A stretch of 64,000 nt of DNA from Selaginella moellendorffii (taxonomy: Eukaryota; Plantae; Lycopodiophyta), in the NCBI RefSeq assembly GCF_000143415.4, contig NW_003314280.1, forward strand, positions 62,001 to 126,000. Reading direction: 5' to 3'. Below, piece after piece: positions 37,130 through 49,744 of this stretch. The notes under the pieces were generated by a model that had not been told where the DNA came from, made no database searches, and saw only the letters and a list, made by a program, of their open reading frames with translations. The first letter of the stretch is position 1. Every line of letters starts with the position of its first letter. A program made the position numbers and the translations under genes.

Positions 37130-39095
37130 AGAGAACAACTTGGCGACACTATCTTTATGGTGTAGTGTTCGTGGTGTTGACAGATCACAAACCACTTGTG
37201 TATCTTTTCACACAGAAGGAGTTGAACACTAAGCAAGCTCATTCAATGGTCAAATTTATGGAGTTTGGGGAATTTTCTATTGAGCATCATCTGGGAAAAT
37301 CAAATATAGTGGCAGATGCTTTATCTCGTGTTCGTCATGTGACGACATTACAAACACAATTTTGTCATCATTTGAGTAAAGTGGTCAGCAAATTTGGGTA
37401 GTTGGTTGAGCATCCTTAGACTCAGAATGCTAAAGTGGCCTCTTTGCGAGACCAGATGGAAGCCCTTTTCTCATCGGTGGATAGGACTCTCTACTACAAT
37501 GGCTGTGTATATTTGCCATGGGTGGATGTGTTAATTACTCAAGTTTTATTCCATTATCATGATCATCTAGAGGCTGGTGATTTTGGGGGGAAGAAGACGT
37601 ATGAGTTGATTAAGCGCAATTTTTATTGGAGGAATATGAAGGCTGATATTCTTGAGTATTGTAAATCATGCGAGCTCTATCAACGGGTTAAGGTGCCATG
37701 GGAGAAGCCGAGGGGACTTTTGCAACCTTTACCTATTCCTTACAGCCGTTGGTGTAGTATCTTTATGGACTTCATCACTTATTTGCCACAAACATAGAGG
37801 CAAAAGGAGCAAGTATGGGTCATAGTGGATTGGTTGACAAAGTATGTGCTGTTGTTAGCTCTTTGGAATACCTCACTGCTTCAAACTTGGCTGTAGTTTA
37901 CTTGGAAAAGATTTTTCCTAATTTTGGTTTGCCAGAGGACATTATTAGTGATTAAGATTCAAAATTCACTAGTGGATTTTGGAAAATCTTTGCAAAGGCT
38001 ATGCAAGTGACTTTGAAACTCTTGAGTGGAGATCATCCTCAGATGGATGGGCAAACCGAGCGTGTGAATCAGGTGGTGGAGGATATACTACGTTGTAGCA
38101 TTGGTCAAAGGCAAGGATAGTGGGATCTATATTTTTCATTGGTGCAATTTACTTACAACTATAGCCAACATAGTGGAACCAAGCTAAGTCCTTACTGTGC
38201 CATGTTTGGAAGGCATCCCTGAACAACAGTGGAGTTGGGATTGCATTTGAGTAAGGACATTCAAGATAAGCTTGATTCCAAGGCAATTGATTTGGCTATA
38301 GAACTTGATGAGATTCTGGAGGTGTGCAAATGGAATTTGCAAGCAGCTCAAGATAGAGTGGAGAAGTTTGCTAATGAGCATTGCCAATTCCAGGAATATA
38401 AGATGGGTGATCTCATCTTTGTGCGAATGATCTTTCCATCAAGTGAGTAGCAGAATACCTTGGTGCCTTTATAGATAGGGAAGAGTAATAAACTTTCCCA
38501 TCGATATGCTAGTCTATATGAAATGCTGGAGTGCATTGGTCAAGCGGCTTATTAGGTGCGGCTGCTAGCTGGGGTGAAAATTCATCCGATATTTTATGTT
38601 AGCTAGTTGAAACGTGTACGAACTCGGAGTGACGGGCCCAATGCCTCCTTGATGTATACGGCTATGGAAGATGGACTAGGAGCTTGAGCAGGGTTCCCTA
38701 AAAAGGGTGATCACTAGTATAACTTGTCCTTGGGATAAAGACTTTGTTGGGGGGGAAGAATTGTTAGGCGCCGGCTTTGACCACATGGTCAATGTAGGCT
38801 TAAGGGTATATTAAGGCATGTTAGAGTAAGGGACTTAACCTACCCTAGGGCTCACAGTGGAGTGGTGGTGCAATGGAGCTTTTAAGGTAGCTCGGGGGTG
38901 GTTGGATGGTGAGGAACCTTAAGAGATGGTGTAGCATAGTCTAGGGTAAATAAATCTCTTTCTTTTTGTGTCAGATCATAACACTCAAACCCCAAAAGCA
39001 TGAGTAAAGATAAGCATATGTCACTCTCTTAACTCTACTTTACACAAATAGTTATAGGCATGAGAAAAAATGGTTAATTCAATGCAAATGTATAC
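37130..39095 (+). mobile_element. Gypsy fragment F: RNase H end, integrase, PPT and start of 3' LTR (TGT at 38762)
   Basis: WRHYLYG...TDHKPL, NIVADALSR, HDHLEAG, IFMDFITYLP, HPQMDGQTERVNQ. PPT ggggggaagaat is followed by TGTTAGGCGCC. Confidence 0.85.
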
Positions 39096-40268
39096 TGTCG
39101 TGAATGTGACTTCAGATATCAAAAGATACTTGTTGGCCAGTCCTTACGGACACTCTTTCTTTATTGCCATGACGGCAAGAGGTCGGTACAATTGATTCCT
39201 TTTATCGATCCCACTTGAGCTAGTTGAGAAACTGGTCAAGGACTTTGCACTTAAATTGGATAAACATAAGGTAGGAACCCTATGTGTTTTTTGCTGAGCA
39301 TACTTGGCTTGGTTTGAAAAACTCGTGTCATTGGCTTGCACTTGCTAGTATCAAGAACCCTCTTGATATTGAGTCTAATCCCTCAATATCATTATATGTT
39401 AGCTTATCGTGTCTGCCAAACACCCTTGCTATCATACCCTTTATGTTAGTTTCATTTAGGTCCCAAATGCTATTTATGGAAAGTGTTAAATTCACTCATT
39501 TAGCATATCTATGGGACATAGAGATTGGCTTGAACACAATGGTGTTCATCCCATGCCCAAATTCGCAATCTAAAGACATTCCATATTTAGTAAGTTTCGA
39601 GCTTGTCCCAGAGACTAACTCTTGGTACTAAGGGAGGCTTGGGGTGAAAGCCCAAAACGTGTGTTCCTCACGGGGGGGCGGGGGTTGTGGAGGGTTCTAA
39701 ATGTATAGTAGGGATAATGGTTGAAGTGCATGTTTGACCACTTAAGACATTAGTTTGGCTCCCACTGGGCTATGTCATTCCTGGTTCTGCGTCTGGCTTG
39801 GGTTTAAGCCCAAGCTCCATGCTGCTCTAGTCGGTGGGGTACCCTCCTCCTTGCGTTAGACCACCGATATGTCAAAATTGTGCCAGACTCCGTCTAACAC
39901 CATTTTGCATACAGGTCCTAGATACGGGGAGCTGGTGCTCATAAAATTATAGCAGACCCTTGTTTTGTAGTGCAATGGGCTTGGAGTTCAGCTCCAAATT
40001 CAAGTGCGCTACATTTGGTATCAAAGAGAGGTTCTCAGCAATTCCTATCCAACTTTTGTCGGATTTTCTGACTCAAGTTGCATACGCAGAGACTTTTTTA
40101 GTAAATCCAAAGTGACTTGTGTAGGTTTAGTCAAATTGCACCATTTGATAAAAATGTTGTATGCATGTTAAGTTACTGATAGAGGCATGTAAGCAGCTAG
40201 CGGGATGGTGAAAAGGAAACGTGTTGATGACGCTAAAACCTCTAGACAGGCAAACTAAGAGGAGGAAA
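39096..40268 (+). mobile_element. A2: A-family 5' LTR (39096-40013), PBS, leader and gag start, cut by B'
   Basis: TGTCGTGAATGTGAC...GTGCGCTACA, then tttggtatcaaag, then a leader matching 13390-13640. Confidence 0.9.
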
Positions 40269-41417
40269 TGTAAGCGACTAATTTTTCCATTCTACTTTAG
40301 TCACTTAACCACACCTCCGACCATTTGGAAGGGTCTCATTCACAAGCTCCATAAGTCAAATTTAGGACTTGGGGCTTGCTAGCCCTGAAAATGGCATCCA
40401 TGCCACTCAACACTTGCACTTAATCCAAGTGCTCCACGTGTCCAATCCCATGACTGACACCCAAGGTACCACTGATATACCAGCCCATTATGCTAATGCC
40501 ATGCCCATTCACTTTGGTCACACCGGTGGTCCAACACCACCTACATCATAGTCCCGTCTTTCAAGGACTAAACCACCCGTCCAGGAGTGACCATCCAAGA
40601 TCCACTCCTTAACATCCTTAAGATGCCCATAGACATGGGGAACAGCCTTCCCCAATATCCCTTTTACAGTCCCCACCATGTCCTTTTTCTGTCGATGGCT
40701 ATGTTCGCCAACACTACCATTTGGACAAGGCCTACAGGCCTGACCTCTAAGTCCCACTATCCTCTGGGACTTCCTCACCACATGACCGTATCCTTGGTCA
40801 CTGCAATAAAGGACCACTCCTCTTCCTTTCCATAGTTTGGGACTTTGGGACAACCTTTCGGAATACTGTGGCCCTACGCGAGCCTTATTTGTACTCTCCC
40901 CACCTTCTACTTTTGGGTGCTCTAGCCATGGGCTTAGAGAGAGGTTCTGTTGAGCCACACCAGGTATCCAAGTAGGTAATACCACCGTAAAAACTCCTAG
41001 AACCTCTAAACTGAGAGGAAAACGTCCATATGAGATCTTCCTAGGAGTTTCAAATCTAATCTAGTCCCTAAATCTAAAACTATTCTACAAGAAGAATGCA
41101 CTTACCTGCTTGTACCAAGCCAAGTAGAGACTGTGAACATGTGCTTGAAGGTGCTAGTCCCACGCCTTTGATCCCTTGAAGGTGGTGGGTAAATAAGACA
41201 TTGCCATTGCCATGAAGAGCCAAAGAGATAGGTAGAATGACGATGTATTGCAATGTATTTTGTATTAGGGATAAGTCTAAAAACATTCTAAGTCCTACTT
41301 TTATAGTCGCTACTGCTCACGTCAAGGTTAGGAATACAGTACTAACCTTGAACCTCTCAAGTTTACTTCCCTAAGCTTGAATCCTCAAGCTTGCCTTTTT
41401 CTCCCTTCTCCACTCTC

Positions 41418-43288
41418 CCACGACTACCTTGTGCTGCGTCCTGCAGTCACTGCTCCATTACTGCGTCGTGGGTAGCCGTTCCCTCATGTGGTTCCTCCTC
41501 CTCTTCCTCCTCATCATAAGTCTGAGCTGCTTCTTCGAGTGCACGAATTCTTTCTTTTGCTGCTAGCAGCTCCTTGTTGAGCCTTGCGTTTTCCTGCTCA
41601 TATTGCTATGCAAGGTCAAAGGATTCCTTACAGGATTTTGGAGTCAGGATTCCATGGCTGCAAATGCTCTTGATGGCGGCGTTCAGCTGCTTGAATCCAT
41701 CCTCGAGTTTGGAAAGGCGCTGCTCTGTCGGCTTGATGAACGTCTTCTCGTAGAAGCTCTCAATGCCTTCGCGAGTGTACACTACAAGCTTTGAGTCGTG
41801 GTATTGCTGGAGGAAGTTGTGGGGGAGCTTGTTGCCATGATTGCCACGATCCTGCTCCTCGCGGCCTCATTTCTCCGGTGTGTAGCGGCGTGGAGGGTAA
41901 TTGTGGAGGTGTCACTCTGCTCCATCCTGCAGTCCTCGGTTGTCCATCTCATCAGCTTCGTTGATTGTTGTGAGCTCGTGACTTGCTTTGTCGAAACCCT
42001 TGTCGTTGTCCTTGGCCGTGGCGGTTATCACAACTGTTTCAGGCTCAAGGTTACAGTCCTGTGTTGCTGACTCAAGACTACAAACTTGAGCTTCTGGGAG
42101 CTGCTTCGCATCAGCTTTGTTGATTGGAGTGGTTTCGTTTAGAGTGTGTATCTCTGGCGGTGGAATTTCCTGCGTGTGATCCTCTGGGTTTTCTTCATCA
42201 TAGGGTGGTTACTCCTGCATGTTCTCGCGCTCCACAAGTCCCTGTTCCTTTGGAGTTTCCTTCTGGAATCCCCCCTGTTCATCCTGAACTTCCATTTGTT
42301 TTTGCTGCGCCTCCTCTTGGTCTTGCTCATCATCCTCTTTTTCCTGTGAATCGCTCCCGTCGCCAAGGTCGACCTTCTCCTTTACTGTTTTCACTTGGGC
42401 TTGAGGGACAAGCACCAATGCCCTTTCATTGTTCACCGACAAAGCCTCAATGTATGGAAAGAGTGTTGTTGTAATTTTCTTCTGTCTCTCCAGCGCATTG
42501 AAAACCTGTGAGAGTTCCCTATGGAACTTGATGTAAACGTACACTCTAAAGTCAACCTGGACTCCATTGTTTCAAATCCTCATAGATGAAGGCAACGTTC
42601 TTGCTCACTGATGTCGCCGTTCGTCGGAACTCCAATGTTGCAAGAAGGAATTTGAAAATCCCTCGCAAATTTTCTTTCATATTCGAAAACTGCAGAGATG
42701 CTGCTGTGTTGTAGTTTGCTGTGAACTTCATGATCTGTCGATGGCTCGATCTCGTGGAGCCATCACTCGCTTTCCCCTGTTCGGTAGTTGAAGAGCTTTG
42801 GCAAAATCTTCCTCTTCAATCGTGAGTTTCCCGCGTGCAAAATCGATAAGTTTCCTCTCAATACCCTATGAATCAGAGCTTGCTGTAGCCGTCATGAGAA
42901 CCGAGAACGCATAGAGCTGATGCTTCCGCAGCCATGCGTCAAGAGTCTTGTCTCAAGACCATTCTGGGTTTCCCACTTGGAAAACTGAGCATACCTTGTT
43001 CTCATCGTCCGAGAGGTCAATTGTTTCCTCCTCTTCCCGTGGACAGCATGGAGCCCTTGACCCAACTCTAGTCCTCATTGAAGTTGTGCTTTCACCAGAC
43101 CAAGAGTCGCTGCAGCCTTGATCACTGTTTGCCCCTAGTGGGCTCCCTTTTTCCTGATGCATTGTCACCTGGAACTCTTTTCTTCTCTCAGCCGCCAAGA
43201 TTAGGGTTAGGTCCCATTCTTGTTGAGGAAAATTTTCTCTAAGTGGTTGCATGCATTTGAATGTGTTTTCGTTGATTTCTCTGAGCAT
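41418..43288 (-). pseudogene. E 3' additional ORF (PMD/Athila-ORF-like motif, acidic tracts, C-terminal coiled coil)
   Basis: Sense ORF fragments start 7 bp after the integrase stop. In-frame GKLTIEEEDFAKALQLPNRG at 42773-42832; EQENARLNKELLAAKERIRALEE near 41600. Confidence 0.55.
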
Positions 43289-43294
43289 TTTCTC

Positions 43295-46200
43295 TTAAAA
43301 TTTCTGGTATTCCACCATAGTGTGAAGCACTTGTGGTTGCTTATAAATTTTCAATTTGTTCAAGTTAACTACTTGCAATTTTTCATCATCTAAAGTTGCA
43401 AGTTTTGCTATTCCTGGGATTTGTATACTCGTAATCTTGAATGGTCCTTCCCATTGATGAATGAGTTTTCCTCCAAGTTTATCTACATTGCCACGATACC
43501 ATAATACAAAATCTCCTACTTTGTAATGCGCTTTGTTTTTCTTGACTTGTTTGTGATTGTGATAAACTTTTCTTCTAGCCTGTATTGCTTCGATTGTCCA
43601 TATTGCACTTAGTCTTCCTTCATTGAGTTTCTCAAGCATCGCAAGTCTTTTCTTGATCGATTCTTCTTGATTAATTTCAAGTTCAATGGCCATTCTCAAG
43701 GATGGTACTGTGTACTCTAGTGGTGTTAACGCTTCAAGGCCATAAGCAAGCTTGAAAGGTGTAGAATTTGTTGAAACTTTGTAGGCTGTTCTATAAGCCC
43801 AAAGAGCATCATAAATTCTTTCATCCCAATCCTTAAGGTTTGTCTTGACTATTTTCTTGAGTATGTTTTTAAGCGTTTTGTTTGTTGATTCTGCTTGTCC
43901 ATTACCGTGGGGGTAATATGGTGTTGACTTCTTATGGTTGATGATAAATTCTTTAACAAGAATGTCGATGGTCTCATTTAGAAAATGCGTTCCTCAATCT
44001 GTAACAACTTCTCGTGGTAATCCATATCGTGTTATAATTGTTTCATAGAGAAACTTGGCTGTATTTTTCGCTGTGGCTTTCTTTAGTGGGAGAGCTTTTG
44101 CCCATTTTGTCATATAGTCGGTAGCGACCAAAATGTATTGATTTCCTTTGCTACTTTTTGCTATAGGTCCAACAAAATCAAGTCCCCAACACTGGAAGGG
44201 TTCCAATGCTGTTGTCAAATTGAGTTCCTGAGTTTGTTTCCTCGGTGGAAACTTTGTTCTTTGACATATGTCACATTCTTGACAATGCTGAGTGGCATCT
44301 TTCCAGAGTGTCGGCCACCATAATCCAGCTTGTAACACTTTCCTGGCCATAATTTCTTCGGCAAAATGACCTCCTGATCGTCCTGCATGAGCTTCATCGA
44401 GTAGATCCTTAATCTCTTCTTGTGATTCTATGCATCTTCTCAAGATGTTGTCATGTCCAAGCTTATATAGTTTGCCTTTCACGACTGAATATTGTTGTGT
44501 CTTCAAGACGAATTGTTTCCTTTGATCATTTGTGAAGTAGTGATTTGGGATCTTGGTTGTCATCAAGAATTTGTAAATATCCTGGAGCATTCCTTGAGTT
44601 GTGACCTTAAAAATGTGTGAATCAAGCAAGTCATTGTTGGTTTTTGTGACTTGTTCCCCTGTGGTATGTCGAGTAAGTTGATGGGGTAAATGAATCCAGC
44701 ATTTTGTAGTTTGTTGAGTTCTATTTTAACTTTATTAGCAAAGTTTGGATTCATGCGATAAGCTGTTTGCTTAATTGGTCGAGTTCCTGGTAGTAACTCT
44801 ATGCGATGTGTACATAGTTTCGGGGGTATTCCCTTGCTTTGTATGACCATGCAAAAATGTCCTTGTAAGTTATGAGTAATTGTTGAGCTGTTATCTTGAA
44901 GTTTTTGTCAAGATTTGCAGCGATGAGTATGTTGTGTGGATCTTCGTGAAGTCCAAGATTGAGTTCTTCAGTTTCTTCATTGAGGTTAATTCGGGGTGTA
45001 AAGTTGTCATTTCCAGATTGTAGGGCTGGATTATCATCAATCTGAATGTTGTATTCTTTAGATTGTAATTGTTCAGGCTTGAGAGTTGGCTTCTCATTTT
45101 GTTGTTTTATCTTTAATCATTGTTGACTTTGAGCGTGTAGCTTTGTAGAGTAGAGTGGTTGGTCCATTGAGTTTAAGTTGTGGTGCTGGTCTTGATCCAC
45201 TACTAGTAGTAAATTGATTTCTGGAAAAGCTTATAGCTCTAGGTAAGCTTCAAGGAGTTTGGCTTCTTCAAGGTCGTCTAAGCCTTCTTGCCAATTGTAT
45301 TCTTGGGCTTGAATTAGTTGAAATCTTTTTGGAAGTTTCCTGGTTGTAGTTGTAACTATTTTCATTTATCCTTTGTCTAATTGTATACAAATTTCATGGT
45401 CCATCCAAGATTGAGCATAAACTACTTTGTTTAGCCATGGTCTTCCAAGCAAGAGTTTGTAAGAGGATTTTTCAATTGACATTTTTAATACGACGAAGTT
45501 GATCTTGAACTTATGTCCTTTGATTCCAATGGTGATATCTCTTATTATGCCAGCTGGTCTTACAACATGTTGGTCTTCCATGCGGACATTGAAGGGAGCA
45601 GGTTGTATGGTTCCAAGTCCCATTGCTTACATTATTCCATGCTCGATTATATTCACACCCGAACCTCCATCAAGTATTGCTCCATTGATTTGATTCTTGC
45701 CTATGTTGAGGTCAATAAAAGGTACATTATCATCACAATCTCCAGGTTGGATTTTTATGTTATCCTCTTTCTCAGATTTAGATGGAAATTGCTTTTCTTG
45801 AGTGTGAGCATCAGGAATTTGTGGACAACAAATCTTAAGTATTTGGCTCTTAAGATATGGTGCTATTTGAAGTATTTGTTGTAAGGTTAATATGATTCCG
45901 TGTTGCAATATTTGTTCTGCAAGTGAGGTGTGCTTTTCTTCAGAGAAACTTGTTGTTTGTTGATCGTTAGATGGTTTGTCATGGTCTTCAATGACCTGTG
46001 GTTCTTGTTCTTGCAATTCAGCCTGAATTGCTTGAAGTATTTTCTTGCTTTTCTTCCATTCGGTTTCTGGGATAATTTCAACTTCATCATTGTAATCTTG
46101 TTCTTCCAGATTATCTAGTTGCTGATACTTGTATTGTTGTCTCGTGATAGTTCGTATTGCTAGTTCTTCAAAAGTTTGTGGTTCGTCAATTTCCACCTCA

Positions 46201-47488
46201 ACATTCCGTGCTGCTGGTGGTCTTGGCCTTGGAGCCTGATTGTTTACTCCTTGGTTATTTTCGCGATTTACATTTTGGTAAGGTTGTCAAGGACGATTAT
46301 CTTGCTGCGGTGCAGGTTGCTGGTTGTAATTGTATCCTTGAGCCTGGGGTGGTCTTTGATTATAATTCCGATATGGTTCTTGATCATAATTGTAATTTCA
46401 TGGGGGAGGACGTTGGTAGTTGTTATGAGGTCCATCACATTGCTGATATGTATTATAGTTTCTTCCATAATTTCCAGTATAGTTGTTTGGTCTTTGATCT
46501 TGAGGGGGTATCCTATTGTAGTTGCTATTGACTTGATGGTAATAGTTTTATCTTTGATTATACAGATTATCATCACGTTGATAATAATTGTTATATCTTG
46601 GAGGTTGATTTCGTGGTGGTCGTGCATTTTGATTCCAGTTTCCCTGATATTGAGGATTGGGCTCTTGATGAGGAGCATTCTCGATTCTTGAAACTTCCAT
46701 TGTATTCCTGTATTGGCATTTCTTGGCTGTGTGGCCTTCTCTTTCACAAATTTGACACTTTGGAAGCTGTAATTTGCATTCCGAATATGTATTTCCCTCG
46801 TTTTTACACTTTGTACACCACACTCCTGCTTTGAGTTCGGTTTGTGAGATTTTCCTGATTATATCCTTCAAGTCTTGGTCTTTTGGTGTTTTCTTCTTTG
46901 TCTTAATGCGTATTTCTTCCTCTTCTTCATCATCGGAACCGTCATTGGTTTGTGAAGGTATAGCTTTTGTGAATTGCTTGAATCACTTTTCCAATGTGAG
47001 GATTTCTTTGGAGAGTGTATCAACAGTTTCATCATCTGGATTCTCTATTGTAGCAGCAATTGCTACCATGTTTCTATAGATTTCTTTTAGTCCTTGGTTA
47101 TAGGATAAGTTCTTTCCTTTATCTGTTATCAAATTCTTGCAACACTTTGCATGAAACTTAAATCTTGAATTCCTTCACGTGATTTTTGCTTGAAGTTTTT
47201 GATGATCTCATAGTGTTCTTCTGGAGTTCCACTGGTCTGGAATTAGTCTTTGAATTGTGTGACCTTTTCGTCATGGGTCAAAGCATCATTGAGTGTATTA
47301 TGCCAATCAAGTGCTTTTCCTTTAAGTGTATATGGGAAAAGTATTTCTCGATGCATTTCCTGTTTGTTCATCTTTACAATTTGATCAAATTGTTTAAGAT
47401 GCTGGTTCGCATCTTTAGTTTTTCCACCAGTAAAAATGGGATAGGAAATCATGTTCCCTATGGCTGTCGCTGGGTTGATGATTGCCAT
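43295..47488 (-). pseudogene. gag-pol: E gag-pol (two CCHC knuckles, PR, RT start, integrase)
   Basis: CTKCKNEGNTYSEC and CQICEREGHTAKKC; LDGGSGVNI and LLLGRPWL; YRMNPNFANKVKIEL; H..GGHF..C..CDICQR, WGLDFVGPI, STPYYPHGNGQAE, WEGPFKI. Confidence 0.9.
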
Positions 47489-47904
47489 TTGAAGTTGTAG
47501 ACTTTGTTGGTTAAGTTGTTGTTCTGGTGAGTCTGGATTTGAGTTAAACTTTGGTGTTATGTATTCTGCTTCTTCAAATGCCTCAAACTTTGGTGCATCT
47601 TCAATATTTAGTTCTTCTTTATCTTCTGCCGAGTTTCTTAACTCAGGTACTTGAATTTGTTTATATCTTTATCTCTAATATCGTTTCTAAATTTGTTGTT
47701 GCTGTTCCTCTAACTTCTCTTTATCTATCTCTTCCTTTCTCACTTCACGAGTCTTTTGACGAAGATCTCTTTCTCGGATCTTGATTGGGTCTGGTTTGTG
47801 TTTGTGCATTTAGTTTTCTAAATCTTCTCGACTTAAATGCCGAGGTAAGCTTCTTGAATTTTGTGATTCGTCTACAGTGTCTTAAGTCAAATGTTGTTCT
47901 TCAT

Positions 47905-48056
47905 AGATTGCAAAGTCAAGCTCTTACGTCTTGAGTCTGTTGTAGGTTTGTATTTTGTGGTATAAATGCGAAGTTAAGCTCTTGTGTCTTGAGTCTTCTG
48001 CAAGTTCAATTTTGTTATATAAATGCGAAGTCAAGCTCTTGTGTCTTGAGTCTTCA
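47905..48056. repeat. ~55-bp tandem repeat (3 copies) in the E pre-gag spacer
   Basis: aaatgcgaagt(t/c)aagctcttgtgtcttgagtct recurs at ~47910, ~47964 and ~48021. Confidence 0.8.
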
Positions 48057-48247
48057 ATCGAGTGTTTCTTTCTCGATTCTTCCCGAGTTTCTTCTCGAGG
48101 TCACTGTCACTAGTCTAGCTCAGGAAAGGTCTTGTATTTGAAAAATCTGGTGGTGTAAGTAAGCACAATTTTGTTTGTTGGAAGGTGGTAGGCTGTGTCA
48201 TAAATTGATCGATGTAGCTGTTCGCTAGTGATATTTGGTGCTGCTCT

Positions 48248-49744
48248 TCAGGTTTGGGATCGAGCAGGTATGCAAACGATTGCAACTCTCTTTAGGAGTC
48301 CAATCTTATCTAAATTCTTGAACAATTGTTTTGGTCTCTTACAATATGTTGGTCGTACTGGAATGCGAGCTCTCACTATGGGCGTTTGTGTTTCCCAGTC
48401 GTTGGTAATATTTGAAAATTCTGAATACAGCAGTGGTTGTATTTTTAATGTCCTAATTCTCATATGTTTCTAGTCTCTAACGACGTCCACACATCACAGT
48501 ATAGTTTCCAACAGATTCTTGTTGCTTTAAGCCTATGTGTGCGCGGATTTATCCAGCGCGCTTTTCTCTATGGTTGATTTCGTGATGGTGAATTTCTCTG
48601 ATGGTGTTCTTGCCGGTGATGTTCTACTTCCCTCTGTTGTATAGTGCGTTCTCTTTCATGATCAGAGTCGATCACTTCACGAACTTCCCAAGGGATAATC
48701 TCAATTAATACTCTTGCATTATAAGTTTGAAACCTTGATGCAGGATCTCCTAAAATACTCCTTAAAATGTTGAGACTGCTTGGACGCACTCTTCCTTGTT
48801 GGTTGCGAGTGATATGTAGCTCTAGGCTGAGGTTTCGACATTGGACCTCAGTGTCAAAGTTGAAGTTTGTTACTGTATTTAATCTTGGCCTATTGTGATT
48901 CTGTCTTAAATTTCTCCTCCTTCGACTTGTTATTCTTGAGTTTTCAAGTCATTCCCTTGAACTTGACTCAAGTTCAGATTCCCATCAGTTTCTTGAACTT
49001 GAATTACGAATTTGAATTTGTTGATGGCCTTGTCCTTGATTTCTTAATTCTCCAACTATTCTCGTCCGCCCTAAATGGTGCCAATATGCTATAGTATATA
49101 GTTCAATAAGAGTGTTTGTTGGTGAAGAAGTCAGTAAAGTAATTCCGCATTCTCTTCGAAATCTCTAAATCTAAGAGTGTCCACAAACCAACGAACTTGT
49201 GGTTCAAAGGTTCGACACTCTGTTGCTGCTATGACTCTTGTCAAATCAATGTTGAAAGCAAGCGTTAATGGTTGAAAAGTTTCATGTTTGTGTATGCCTA
49301 GGAATTCGACAATTATTTGTTGAAAGAGGTGTCCGCGATACACCCAAGCTAGAGTTCTTCGAGTTGCAAAGAAATCGAAGTAAACATATTTTTCTTTCAA
49401 CATTTCCTCATTTTTGCATTCTTCCTATTTGCTAGACAATTTATAGAAGACTTGCAAAATTGTTTCTTGAAGTTTTTGTAAGCAACTGAAACTTTGTTTC
49501 GCTGCTTGTTCTAAACTATCGTCTCTCTTTTTAATGTCATTTTTTTGGGCTATTTCTTCTCGTTTCCTTCTCTTCTCCACTGTGGCATTTTCATCCCTGA
49601 TTCAGAGTCTTGCTTTTGCTTGCTTGCAAATGTTGCATCGCCATTTTGGATAGCATTGCTTATATGGTTTTGCACAATTTTTGAAACCACACAAAATGCA
49701 ATCTTCGTATCTTGTAGAACTTCTGTCTCCAAATGGGCAGTCAT
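48248..49744 (-). pseudogene. E 5' additional coding region upstream of gag (unknown product)
   Basis: Four sense-strand ORF pieces (64-90 aa) with protein-like composition between the PBS and gag. Confidence 0.45.

Noticed and set aside
46176-46747. Ile-rich ORFs resembling membrane proteins
   Set aside because: They are alternative frames of the N/Q/R-rich E gag tail.
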